Positions 29,581 through 39,362 are shown, counted from the stretch's first letter. The stretch: 64,000 nt of DNA from Pseudobacteriovorax sp. (GCA_050293845.1 JBNKNM010000004.1:1-64000), one strand, 5' to 3'. Numbers and translations: made by a program. The notes: generated by a model not told the origin, from the sequence alone.

Positions 29581-30020
29581 ATCAATTAATTCTACAAATA
29601 GCAAAATATGAGCTTGGCACCTACGAAGTGCCAGGCCCCGAAAACAATCCTCGGATCTTACATTACTCTAAAAAAGCTGGTCTTGATTGGGTTAAAAGCG
29701 AAGAAACTTCATGGTGTGGTATTTTCCTTGGATATTGCACGAATGAGATCCCAGAATTTATGAGACCTGAATGGCCAAGATCCAAAGCAGCAACGGCAAG
29801 GCAGTGGTTAATCTACGGCGTTGATGTTCCGCTAGCTAAGGCAAAACCAGGGGATATAGTTGTCTTTTGGCGAGAGAGTCCTGATTCATGGAAAGGGCAT
29901 TGCGCACTTTACCTTGATCAGGATGCGACAAAGATTTTATGCCTCGGTGGAAACCAGGACGACAGCGTTTGCGAGAAATGGTTTAGCAAAGACCAACTTC
30001 TTGGAATCCGTAGATACTAA
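29577..30020 (+). CDS. TIGR02594-family (CHAP/NlpC-like) endolysin
   Basis: NNPRILHY, ETSWCGIF, PGDIVVFWR, WKGH, LGGNQ. Confidence 0.85.
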   Translation: MNQLILQIAKYELGTYEVPGPENNPRILHYSKKAGLDWVKSEETSWCGIFLGYCTNEIPEFMRPEWPRSKAATARQWLIYGVDVPLAKAKPGDIVVFWRESPDSWKGHCALYLDQDATKILCLGGNQDDSVCEKWFSKDQLLGIRRY

Positions 30021-30036
30021 TAAAAGGGGATAGGGG

Positions 30037-30252
30037 TTAAATGGCCTCTATTCCCATTAATGTCGTCGTAGTCCGCTTATTAACTTGATGGCACTCATAG
30101 CACAAACGATTACCCGCCGATTCAAAATATTCTTGGCATTTTAAACAGATTAGAATCTTTTTTTTAATGACAGGAAGTCCAGCATTGGCCCTAGCAGCGT
30201 TCTGATCATTAAATTGATGTAACACTTTAATTGGTAATTTTTTAACCTTCAT
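30037..30252 (-). CDS. Small Zn-ribbon-like protein
   Basis: CLKC...FES...NRLCYEC. Confidence 0.6.
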   Translation of the reverse strand: MKVKKLPIKVLHQFNDQNAARANAGLPVIKKKILICLKCQEYFESAGNRLCYECHQVNKRTTTTLMGIEAI

Positions 30253-31201
30253 CCAGATCCTCTCTTAATTTGATAGCGTTAAGAGAATTTTCAGCGATTA
30301 AAATTACCCGAAAAAGTATTATTAGGATAGCGGAAATAAGGTACATTTGGGAATCTGTTACACCTAAACTTTTCTTTGTTGAAAGGCTATCAAGCTTATC
30401 CTGTAATTTCGAAACTTGCTCCCCGAAAAGTTTCATATTATCCCAAGACCTACCATGAGTTGCCTTATCTAGAGAGGCTATAGCTTGGTCTAGTTGTTTC
30501 TTAATTTGAGTCCGACTATCCTCCCCATTCTGCTCAATTCTTTCATCTGAAGTCAGCTTTTGACGGCTTGTCTGGTATTGGTGAAAGCCAAGGGATATGA
30601 CTAGATATGAAAATAGTAGACAATAGGTCAAACCCTTTAAAAAATTCATCCATCTTGATCGATATTTAGTCAGCATGAGAGCGATCAGGGATCCCTCGCT
30701 TGCTAAAGCTAACCCCCAAGAAAATTGAGGTGAAACGTCATGTTCTTTAAAAAATTCAACTTGGAGCAAATAAAATAGACTGGTTAAGCCAATCATAAAT
30801 ATAAATCGCATTAAATTTGCAGGTCTGCCAAATAGTTTTTGAATTACGTCTTTCCATCCATGTTGAAAATTGAATTTTTTCTCTTCCCTAGAGTTAAGAT
30901 TCAAACCTGATATTTCAAACTTGGTTTCAACTTCACAAGTTAAGGAATTAAAATTGAAGGTTTCAACATGTGGTTTCAACCAATCCTCTGTAATATCACG
31001 TGGTTTACGTACAGTATTTTTAAGACGTTTCAACATTTCAGCCTGTTCAGTTTGCATAGTTTCAACTGTCAGATTTGAATTTTCAGGTTTAACTAGCGAC
31101 AACTTTGCCCCATTTTTACGACGTTTTCTTTCCATAGCTTTTTGTTTCAACTTTTCTTTGTTCTTTTGGTAATATTGACGGTTGTATTCTGCTCGTGTCA
31201 T
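30242..31201 (-). CDS. Membrane protein with basic N-terminus and coiled coil
   Basis: About 4 hydrophobic helices; N-terminal RQYYQKNKEKLKQ; overlapped starts/stops with both neighbours. Confidence 0.65.
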   Translation of the reverse strand: MTRAEYNRQYYQKNKEKLKQKAMERKRRKNGAKLSLVKPENSNLTVETMQTEQAEMLKRLKNTVRKPRDITEDWLKPHVETFNFNSLTCEVETKFEISGLNLNSREEKKFNFQHGWKDVIQKLFGRPANLMRFIFMIGLTSLFYLLQVEFFKEHDVSPQFSWGLALASEGSLIALMLTKYRSRWMNFLKGLTYCLLFSYLVISLGFHQYQTSRQKLTSDERIEQNGEDSRTQIKKQLDQAIASLDKATHGRSWDNMKLFGEQVSKLQDKLDSLSTKKSLGVTDSQMYLISAILIILFRVILIAENSLNAIKLREDLDEG

Positions 31202-31202
31202 C

Positions 31203-32384
31203 TCACACCTCACAATATTTTATGTAAAGGGGCAGCAGAGAACCAAAGGGAGCTGTGGGTAACATGCTTTGGATCTGTTTAGCGCGTTCAGCTTTACTTT
31301 GATCTTGGGAAGACGAGATATTATCGAGCAGAATTTTAAGCTCACCGATGTTTTGCGGTCTTTTAGGCTTAGGTTCTATTTGAAGCCGCTTTCTTGCTTC
31401 ACTTAGCTTATCTCCAAACATGGATTCAATAAGCTCAGAGGATGGATTTAGAAAATCTTGCGACTTTTTTGCTAGTAATTGAGGTAGTTCAGAGACAATT
31501 TCATTAAGCTGGATTGCGCTAAAAGCACTATCTATAGCGCGATTTCCGGCCCTTAGGAGCTGTTTTTTTGTCTTCACACTCAGATCATAGCCCGAAAAAA
31601 GCCAATTTATACTCTTTGCCCTTTCAAGCAAATAAGGGTCATTTTCAATTTCTCGAATTTTTTCAAGCATAAGAAGTTCATTGCTACGAGTGCGGCGATA
31701 ATCTGTTAAAAAACGCCTTCTTTCAAAGGGTGAAACAGCTTTTTTTACTACTTCTTCCCAAGCAATGATTATGTTGTCAATCTCGGATTTACAAGATTCC
31801 TCAGAACTTTCGTAAGAAAATGGGGAAATATTGGGGCTTTCTTTTGGGGCTTTAGCTGGGGAATTAGAGGGTATTTCGGAGGTGGGAGCTTCGTTTATGA
31901 CTACCTCTCCCACAGTGTCCAAAGAGGTAGGAGGGGGTAACGGTGTGGACGTAAAAAAAGCGCTGCATGAATCGCCTACGGCCCTTTTCCTAATTGCTGA
32001 GATGTGCTCTTGGGAATTTAGGACATCTTCATAGGAAGTGAAGCACTCTATGGTTAAAGTGTAGTCATTGGTTAGTTGTTCGTAGTGACCGTTTTGGTTT
32101 ATCAAGATCCTTTGTTTTTTAGTAAGTAGTTCTTTCCGTATTAGTGATTTAATTTTTTTCTGAACGGTCTTGTTAGACATCCTAGTATTTTTGGCTATCG
32201 TCTCGATTGACGGCCAAGCGACCTGATCGACAAAGCCTTTGTCAAAAGGCATGAGCGATCCGAGATAGAGTAGAATGGCCTGCTCGTAGATATCTAAATC
32301 TGGCAATGCATGGATTGCCTTTAGATATCTGCCGCCTTGAAACACTCTGTGATTTACTGGAAATAGTTGATGTACGTTTGACAT
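31203..32384 (-). CDS. HTH-domain replication-initiator-like protein
   Basis: AWPSIETIAKNTRMSNKTVQKKIKSL...TNDY pattern typical of HTH_36-type Rep N-termini; GAGGGA before ATG 32384. Confidence 0.65.
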   Translation of the reverse strand: MSNVHQLFPVNHRVFQGGRYLKAIHALPDLDIYEQAILLYLGSLMPFDKGFVDQVAWPSIETIAKNTRMSNKTVQKKIKSLIRKELLTKKQRILINQNGHYEQLTNDYTLTIECFTSYEDVLNSQEHISAIRKRAVGDSCSAFFTSTPLPPPTSLDTVGEVVINEAPTSEIPSNSPAKAPKESPNISPFSYESSEESCKSEIDNIIIAWEEVVKKAVSPFERRRFLTDYRRTRSNELLMLEKIREIENDPYLLERAKSINWLFSGYDLSVKTKKQLLRAGNRAIDSAFSAIQLNEIVSELPQLLAKKSQDFLNPSSELIESMFGDKLSEARKRLQIEPKPKRPQNIGELKILLDNISSSQDQSKAERAKQIQSMLPTAPFGSLLPLYIKYCEV

Positions 32385-32387
32385 GGA

Positions 32388-32534
32388 TTCCCTCATTCCG
32401 TGAGGGAGCTACTAGCTTAGATTGAAAAGTAGGCAATAAAGGTTTATGCTCCGTTCATAGGAACGGCGGGTCTACTTTAATCGGTATGCTAGGCTCCGTT
32501 GTTCTGGAAGCGGGAGGCTCTAACTCTCGCTTCC
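32388..32534. ncRNA. Putative structured leader / antisense RNA upstream of the rep-like gene
   Basis: Nested stems 32405-32416/32488-32497, 32420-32434/32470-32482 and 32451-32466; separate 11-bp hairpin 32506-32534; RBS hairpin 32388-32408. Confidence 0.55.
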
Positions 32535-33003
32535 TGCAAAAGCCAATTTTGAAAACCTTAATTCCTCAAACTACAAACTTCCAACAAATTTTTTCTAAAT
32601 AGCTCAGGTATTTAGTAGATAATAGAGAGTTTTTTGCTACAAAACATTACACTTCACAGAATGCCAAAATGAGGGTAGTTCGTTTATCCCAATGCCAAAT
32701 GAACTATAAATTTTATGCATAAAAATAGGATATTTTTCAGACTTGGACTGATCTGATTTGACATATAAGAATTCTACAAATCACATTTAATGTAGGGGAC
32801 AAAAGAAGTTCTTCACTAAGCCATTATAGCTTATATATTGAGGCCGTTTTCTAAAACTCAGGACTTCTACTCCTGTGGTCGTACTAAATTTCCTTTGACT
32901 ATTAGGGATATAGTGGGAGGTTTAGGGTGACCATGGGAAATTAAACTAATTTTCTTATTATAACAATATGATATCAAAGGTAAAAAGTCGATTTGACGTG
33001 GCG

Positions 33004-33049
33004 ATTCATAATCCTGAGGTCACGAGTTCAATTCTCGTCCTCGCTACCA
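33004..33049 (+). other. att core: 3' half of a tRNA with CAT anticodon (Met or Ile2)
   Basis: TTCATAA anticodon loop, T-arm ACGAG-TTCAATT-CTCGT, acceptor strand CCTCGCT-A-CCA. No D-arm or 5' acceptor upstream. About 100 bp from the integrase stop. Confidence 0.85.
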
Positions 33050-33146
33050 GAAATCCCTTAAAATCAAGCATTTAACTCAATATGACAAAATTAGCGGTTG
33101 CAATATTGCTGACCGTCGGTTGCAACCGTATTGAAACCGAAAGCTC

Positions 33147-34256
33147 CTAGTAACCTTCAAAGCTATTTTTAACAAGGTCAGCCATCCTCTCAATCCCATC
33201 ATGTGTCATCACAAACCCAGTATAATGCTTTCTACAAACCTGTTCTGAGTTCCCGAGGTTCTGAGCAACCTGACTCAAGGTTGCACCATTATTTAACAAA
33301 TTAATCGCATAGCAGTGCCGCCAATCTTTGAAGGAAATTTCTTGCGAAACATCAGCAGCTTTACAACCAAGTTTAACCTCTCTCCAAAACTTTCTTTGCC
33401 GCAATTTCAGTCGTTCTTGCTCATCTATAGTGACCCACATCAACAAGTCTTTTTTGCACTCGATAAACCCAAAAGTTCGCCTAACTTTGCGTCTTTTTGG
33501 AAGACCATATGATCCATCTCTATACATTTGTGACGCGATATTTAGGCTAATTCCATCCTTCATAAATGTAAGATTCTTCCTTTTTAATGCAAAAATTTCT
33601 CCTATTCGAAGACCTGTGTAATATGCAATGCTTGATAAAGCACGACAAATTGGATCCAAATATTCCAAAACCTGCAAAAACTCATCATGCCCCAGGTTCT
33701 TAACTTCATAGTGTTCTTCCGGCATTGACTCTAATACGTCAGTCAGTGGTCGGCCACAGAATCTCATTAAAGCATTTAGTCTCATAACCGCTTTAGTATG
33801 AGGGATCACATTAGGTTTATCTTCGAAATAACTATCTGTTCGTTCTTGAATTTTTTCGATAGGCGCGTAACGAAGATCTAAATCTCCTATCGAAAGTATT
33901 GCTCTAGTGAGATCGTTATAGGCAGATTGGATTGTGCTTTTTGCAAGTCTTCGCTGTCGTGACTTCTTTAGATATTTAAACGCATAATACTCGTCAAGTA
34001 GTACTTTATTTGCTTGCAAGTAAGAATCAGCATGGCTGTCTCTAGCTTTATAAATGCTGTCTACTATATTTTTAAACTCTTTTTCACACTCTGAATAAGA
34101 AATCTCGCAGGAAAGAAACTTTTCATTTAATGATCTAATTTCTTCAGTATTAAGTGTCTGCCACTTCGATCCTGGCTCAAGTATACATATTCTAAAGCTA
34201 CGACGACCATAACTGGGCCTTTTAAAAACTATTCGCATCTTACTATTCACCATTCC
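33147..34256 (-). CDS. int: Tyrosine recombinase / phage integrase
   Basis: YTGLRIGEI, LPK, KDWRHCYA, LGNSEQVCRKHY; adjacent to att. Exact start uncertain. Confidence 0.9.
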   Translation of the reverse strand, partial: GMVNSKMRIVFKRPSYGRRSFRICILEPGSKWQTLNTEEIRSLNEKFLSCEISYSECEKEFKNIVDSIYKARDSHADSYLQANKVLLDEYYAFKYLKKSRQRRLAKSTIQSAYNDLTRAILSIGDLDLRYAPIEKIQERTDSYFEDKPNVIPHTKAVMRLNALMRFCGRPLTDVLESMPEEHYEVKNLGHDEFLQVLEYLDPICRALSSIAYYTGLRIGEIFALKRKNLTFMKDGISLNIASQMYRDGSYGLPKRRKVRRTFGFIECKKDLLMWVTIDEQERLKLRQRKFWREVKLGCKAADVSQEISFKDWRHCYAINLLNNGATLSQVAQNLGNSEQVCRKHYTGFVMTHDGIERMADLVKNSFEGY

Positions 34257-34462
34257 CTCCTTTTTCGCATCTTCTCTTCCAACCATGCTCTAAGCGTAGT
34301 TCGTAAGGCATAATTCTTTCGTCCAATACGAATGCACGGTAATTTTCCAGAAGACATCCAATTGCTTACTGTTCGAGGTGAAACTTCTAGTTCGACCGCA
34401 ATCTCTTCCTTTGATACCAGATTGTCAAAGAGCTTTTCCCGCCTATTATCAGCAGATTTCAT
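34247..34462 (-). CDS. Excisionase-like HTH protein
   Basis: SKEEIAVELEVSPRTVSNWMSSGKLPCIRIG; coupled to the integrase. Confidence 0.8.
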   Translation of the reverse strand: MKSADNRREKLFDNLVSKEEIAVELEVSPRTVSNWMSSGKLPCIRIGRKNYALRTTLRAWLEEKMRKRREW

Positions 34463-34600
34463 AAAAATAACCTCAATATAGGATTTTTAGCAAAGAGATA
34501 TTTTGCGAGAAAAGAAGAAATTAAATTGTGCAGAAAGGTGAACCGACCATCCTGGTCGATTCATGAAGTATAGAATTAGTAGTCGTCTAAATGCAAGTGT

Positions 34601-34978
34601 CTATTTCTGGGCTTTGATTGTATATAGCGTTGAGTCACCCAAATATCCTTCAGCCTGTTTACCAGTGTTAAAGATATCAATGGAATAAACTTCCTTGCTC
34701 TCACCAAGTTTAGGATTAACGTATTTTATCTGATTCCCTCTTAAACGGGCCTCTTTAAATATCTCGAAATCTACGGGCTTCATGGTCAAGTCTAGGCTAT
34801 CAATATCCTTCCGGGTAATAGCAATTGGTAGCTTAATGTGCGTTGCTTCTAGATCACTAATTTCTAATCTAGTGATTTCTTGTATTTTACTATAACTTCC
34901 TCCACCTGAAACATCAGCCGGCAATTGATTTGAAGTTATTAATAATAGTATTATTAGAGCGGTGTGTTTAATCTTCAT
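34601..34978 (-). CDS. Secreted hypothetical protein
   Basis: Signal peptide followed by DVSGGG; overlaps the upstream HTH gene. Confidence 0.6.
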   Translation of the reverse strand: MKIKHTALIILLLITSNQLPADVSGGGSYSKIQEITRLEISDLEATHIKLPIAITRKDIDSLDLTMKPVDFEIFKEARLRGNQIKYVNPKLGESKEVYSIDIFNTGKQAEGYLGDSTLYTIKAQK

Positions 34979-35711
34979 TTCGACTTCCTGATATATTGTA
35001 TATTTCTGATACCTTCCAGGAGACTATTGTATGATTTGTCCCTGGATTTAGATTTGCTATTTTTTGTTCCTCCTCAATTACTCTTCTAATTCTGCCTAGT
35101 GATTGCTCTGTAAATTGTCCCGTCGTTGCTGCACTAAAGTAACCACCTCCCTTCGATTTTAATACTCCATCTTGTTCTCCATCCAATTGAAATTGATTTA
35201 TTCGATCATATGTCGCCTTATCTCTGTATGAGATCTTACACTTTGAAGACAACTTCCCCTCGCGATTGATTTCAACTATGTCTTCTTCCAGCAATCGATT
35301 AACCAGACCCTTACTAATTGAGTTGATTGTACAAATTTCTTCATATGTCTTTGAGGAACCAAAAATCTCTAGTGCTGTAAGGAAGGTTAGCCTGTCATGA
35401 GTGAACCATGCCTGCTCATCTGTTAATAAAATTGTCTGATTATAGTAGTTTTTAATGACTCCACTAGGGATTCTGTAATTCCACTCTACGGGAATCACTG
35501 CTTCAATTTCCTCTCGCGTTAATACCTTAAGCATTTCAGTCACGAACTGGGTGATTGTAGAAGGCTGTGGCTTGCTCGTTGGATTTTTCTCCAAGTAATA
35601 TAGTGTACCTCGGTTCAATCCCATATCATCAATGATTTCACCTAGCCTTCGTTTGTCTTTGCTAACCACGTATCGAAATTTTTTATAGAATTGTCTACTC
35701 TCAGTCATCAT
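34968..35711 (-). CDS. XRE-like HTH protein, candidate repressor
   Basis: LGEIIDDMGLNRGTLYYLEKNPTSKP; transcribed divergently from the early operon. Confidence 0.55.
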   Translation of the reverse strand: MMTESRQFYKKFRYVVSKDKRRLGEIIDDMGLNRGTLYYLEKNPTSKPQPSTITQFVTEMLKVLTREEIEAVIPVEWNYRIPSGVIKNYYNQTILLTDEQAWFTHDRLTFLTALEIFGSSKTYEEICTINSISKGLVNRLLEEDIVEINREGKLSSKCKISYRDKATYDRINQFQLDGEQDGVLKSKGGGYFSAATTGQFTEQSLGRIRRVIEEEQKIANLNPGTNHTIVSWKVSEIYNISGSRNED

Positions 35712-36160
35712 TTATCCAATTTTAGAAACTCTTTTTTCACTCCGTGGATATTTCTATTGCAGCAATTTATAGAGTCTGCAATTAGAAACATATTGCAAGA
35801 AAGTTACTCAACTAAACATAGCTCCAAATTCTTGGAGTATTAGAGTCAATTGAACAAAATTTTTAGACAAAAAACGATAGATTCAACATTATTTAGCCAT
35901 CTTTTAAACACGATGTTGAAAATTTCTGTTGAAAAAATATTTTCGAAAATTTCTATGTCAATAAAAGTTCAAAAGCTCTCTATTTTTTGAACATTAGATG
36001 TGATTTGTCGAAAAAATAGACCATTTTTCAACTAAGGTACTGTTAGCTAAATTGTTGAAAAATATTACTGATTTCAAAGAACAAAAAGTCCTGATACAAC
36101 CTTTTTTGTCGATAGAGGAATCCACCTCTATCCTAAAAAACAACTATTTCTGGAATACAA

Positions 36161-36586
36161 ATGAACAGACTAGCACTCGAATGTGCAGCTTACAGGCTAC
36201 CCATGCTTGTAGGAGATGGATTCGTGTTTGAAAATTTTGAGCAGTACACTCGTGATAGGCAGGAGTTTCTAAACAATCCTGAACACCTCATACAGTTTCT
36301 GAGAGCTACAACTTATCTAGAGAAATACTCAAGTTGCTCAATCACAGACTGGCACCGGGAGAACGATGCTTATGTCTCTAGACTAATACCCGCTTTAACA
36401 TGGGAATATCAGATTGAGTTTAATCTAGGCCCAATCGTAGCCGCCCTTAGCTATCTAAATATTGAAATGGAATTACCAGAACCTAACTCTATTGAGCCGC
36501 TTGTAGGGCTAGATCCAATCATATTTGAACTGGAAAGAGATATCGTAGGTCGAACTTTGAAACGACTTAATCAACCCAATATCTGA
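36161..36586 (+). CDS. Hypothetical protein
   Basis: 141-aa ORF, first gene of the rightward arm. Confidence 0.55.
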   Translation: MNRLALECAAYRLPMLVGDGFVFENFEQYTRDRQEFLNNPEHLIQFLRATTYLEKYSSCSITDWHRENDAYVSRLIPALTWEYQIEFNLGPIVAALSYLNIEMELPEPNSIEPLVGLDPIIFELERDIVGRTLKRLNQPNI

Positions 36587-36633
36587 GAAACATCTCAGTT
36601 TTTATCTATCACTTTTTTTAGGAGTATTTCGTT

Positions 36634-37608
36634 ATGAAGTCAAAGTTAACAACCATTCTTACAGCCAGTTTTTTATTCCTAGCCTGCGAGCCAAAAGACG
36701 GCGACGATGGGACAAATGGAAAAGACGGGTTAAACGGAACCGACGGCGTAAGTTGCGCTGCAATTCAAGACGAAGGCGAAGACGCAATCCTGTGTGGTGA
36801 GACTATCATTCCTGTTATCCACGGGGAAGATGGCGAAGATGGAGAGAAAGGTGCAAACGGTGAGGACGGAGAAGACGGTCTTAGCTGCCAACTTGCCGAA
36901 AAGGAAGATCAGACATACGTTGTTTGTGGTGATGAGTCTTACCTTTTACCCTCTAACGATCCATCCGAAGTAGACTCTTGTGAAGCATCGAAGTTAGAAA
37001 GCGGTAACTGGCTAATCACTTGCGGTGATGAGTCCTTCGAGGTCCCAAGCGAAGAGTCAATCGCGGGTTACATTGTTCTTGCTCTTTCTCCAGTTGAAGC
37101 GCCTGAGCTAAGTGTGCAAACAGCAAACGGTTTAACCGCAACTCTAAACTTCGAGATTCCAGTTGAATTAGACAAGGAAGCACTAAAGCTACTACCTGAA
37201 GGCTATAAGCTTTCTCGCCTAAGCTCTAACAGCTTTGAACTTAAGTCAGCAGATTTGTTTGAAGGCTTCCCTTTTACTAGCGAGCTTACCACCTGGTCTG
37301 AAACACTTCCTGCGGGCCTTTTTCTAAACAAACTTAACCCTGCACAAGTTCTACAAGACACCGTCGAGCTAGCTGTAACAAGCTATGACTATGTTATCGA
37401 CTTTGAAACACTAACATTTGATCGTGACGATTCGAATATTTGTGAAGCTGAGTTCAGCCCGCTAGCGTTCGAAGAAGTGAAGAAACTCAAAACAGCCCAG
37501 AAGCCGGTACTTCTATCTGTAGCTGAGAAAAAGGCCTTTAACGTAACAACCCAAAAGGTTGTTTCGGTAGAACCTACCAGCGAAGTGCAAATTTCCTGCA
37601 TGCGCTAA
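36634..37608 (+). CDS. Lipoprotein with short collagen-like and xxCG repeats
   Basis: Lipobox FLAC; DGTNGKDGLNGTDG and GEDGEDGEKGANGEDGEDG repeats; AGGAG RBS. Confidence 0.7.
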   Translation: MKSKLTTILTASFLFLACEPKDGDDGTNGKDGLNGTDGVSCAAIQDEGEDAILCGETIIPVIHGEDGEDGEKGANGEDGEDGLSCQLAEKEDQTYVVCGDESYLLPSNDPSEVDSCEASKLESGNWLITCGDESFEVPSEESIAGYIVLALSPVEAPELSVQTANGLTATLNFEIPVELDKEALKLLPEGYKLSRLSSNSFELKSADLFEGFPFTSELTTWSETLPAGLFLNKLNPAQVLQDTVELAVTSYDYVIDFETLTFDRDDSNICEAEFSPLAFEEVKKLKTAQKPVLLSVAEKKAFNVTTQKVVSVEPTSEVQISCMR

Positions 37609-37680
37609 CTTACCCCTAGAGCATTTGGGGACTTGGTCTTTGGCCAGGTCCTCGTTTCTGTATTTTATGAGGATGGGATT

Positions 37681-37929
37681 ATGAAAATTAGACTTGTTAA
37701 CTTTTTAGACACGGATGTGATCTTAGATCGGCTCGAAGCCGAATGCCGAAAAGCTGGTCTTACGATTCGTGAGCTATGGCGAAGAATACAGCTTGAAGAA
37801 CGAACTATGGATCGTTGGAGGCTAGGTCAAAACACTCCTTCACTTTTGAGTCTTCAGCATATTCAAGAAGTTATTAACACACATATAAGAGAGACAAACC
37901 CAGGTGCAGAGTTTGAAAATGCCTCATGA
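37681..37929 (+). CDS. Cro-like XRE HTH protein
   Basis: GLTIRELWRRIQLEERTMDRWRLGQNTPS. Confidence 0.65.
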   Translation: MKIRLVNFLDTDVILDRLEAECRKAGLTIRELWRRIQLEERTMDRWRLGQNTPSLLSLQHIQEVINTHIRETNPGAEFENAS

Positions 37930-38758
37930 TCTGGTGGGGCCTACTAACTATATGAATCCTAATGAGGATATGTCTGATTACCACCGCCGTTGGTGGTGGC
38001 TCAGCAAATCTCTTATTGATCTATTGCTCACGACACCAAGGCACCTTTGGTATAAATACCTTTGTGAAGGAGTTCCAAAGCAAAAAGAAACAAGGTCCCA
38101 ATCATTAGGGACTGATGTGCATACTCTCATACTTGAAATGCACCTATTCGAAGCTAACTATATGTGTGGACCTGAAGGGAAGAATCGTACTCATGCCCCA
38201 TTTAAGAAACTAGCCGCAGACAATCCAGACAAGAGAGTTCTGCCCTACGCCGAATACAAGCTGCTCGAAGCTATCTATAATTCTATTAAGCAGCAACCCA
38301 TCGGGAAGTACTTTCTGGATCTTCAGGGTGAATCTGAGGTCTCCTGCTATTGGAAAGATCCAGACCTCGGCCAACTATTAAAGTGTCGACCTGACAAGAT
38401 AATAAAAAGTCAAAAGATCGTAGTTGATATCAAGACTACAGCGGTTTTAGGCAAACACAAATTTATAAGACATGCCGCAGACCTAAATTATCATAGATCC
38501 GCAGCACTAACTAAATTGGGCTTAAATGTCTTAACGGGTCATGACTACGAGTATATCTTCCTAGTTATCGAAATGAAACCGCCATTTAATGTCGCCGCCT
38601 ATTCCTTTGATGAGGAAGCCATAGCCCTTGGTAATTCTGAAATCGATAGGGCCATTCAAATCTTCAAGGAGTGTCAGGAGTCAGATAACTGGCCTGGATA
38701 CCCTTCTAAAATACAGACTATTTCTATGCCTAAATGGAGGACAGGTAACCATGGATAA
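37919..38758 (+). CDS. RecE/ExoVIII-like PD-(D/E)XK exonuclease
   Basis: GTDVHTLILE, EVSCYW, KCRPD, VDIKTT, NWPGYP. Confidence 0.85.
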   Translation: MPHDLVGPTNYMNPNEDMSDYHRRWWWLSKSLIDLLLTTPRHLWYKYLCEGVPKQKETRSQSLGTDVHTLILEMHLFEANYMCGPEGKNRTHAPFKKLAADNPDKRVLPYAEYKLLEAIYNSIKQQPIGKYFLDLQGESEVSCYWKDPDLGQLLKCRPDKIIKSQKIVVDIKTTAVLGKHKFIRHAADLNYHRSAALTKLGLNVLTGHDYEYIFLVIEMKPPFNVAAYSFDEEAIALGNSEIDRAIQIFKECQESDNWPGYPSKIQTISMPKWRTGNHG

Positions 38759-39362
38759 TGCTGTTACGCAGAGGAACGAATCCGATCTTGCGGGACTACC
38801 TCCCCAGATGAGAAGTCTTATGGGAGTATCCCAAAGGCTTGCTAGATCTAACATGATTCCCAAACACTATATCGGTAAACCCGACGATATCCTTGTAGCC
38901 CTTCAGACTGGCTTTGACCTTGGGCTAGAAAGTTTTGTCGTTGCTCTCAATGAAATATCGATGATCAATGGTAAGTCCTCGATCTCATCAAAACTCGCCA
39001 TGGCTCTAGCGAAAAAAAGCGGAGTCTTTTCTACAGATATCACCTTCGAGCAAGAAGGTAAGACCTGGGATGATCTTAGAGTCTGGGCTAAGGCTACTCG
39101 CCGCAGTGACGGCCAGGAGGTGAAAGCTGATACCTCGATCAAGATGGCTATCGCTGAAGGCTGGACTAAAAATCCTAAATATAAATCTATGCCCGTTCAA
39201 ATGCTTTCCTATCGTTCAGCCATGTTTCTGATTAGAAGATACGCGCCGGAAGTATTACTAGGTATTCAGATTATTGACATCGAGGCCGCTGATATCCGCG
39301 TGGATAGTAACAGTGGAATTGAAAAATTAAACGCCAATATTGAAGAACAGATTGGCGGCTAA
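38751..39362 (+). CDS. RecT-like single-strand annealing protein
   Basis: IPKHYIGKPDDILVA, INGK, AEGW...YKSMPVQMLSYRSA...PEVLLG; paired with the exonuclease. Confidence 0.75.
   Translation: MDNAVTQRNESDLAGLPPQMRSLMGVSQRLARSNMIPKHYIGKPDDILVALQTGFDLGLESFVVALNEISMINGKSSISSKLAMALAKKSGVFSTDITFEQEGKTWDDLRVWAKATRRSDGQEVKADTSIKMAIAEGWTKNPKYKSMPVQMLSYRSAMFLIRRYAPEVLLGIQIIDIEAADIRVDSNSGIEKLNANIEEQIGG

Noticed and set aside
9903..30020. Tailocin/eCIS or Mu-type transposable phage
   Set aside because: Terminase, portal and capsid are present, and the element has a tyrosine integrase with a tRNA att rather than MuA/MuB.
32940..33049. Complete tRNA gene
   Set aside because: No 5' acceptor strand or D-arm, and the anticodon stem 5' side does not fully pair; treated as an att core.
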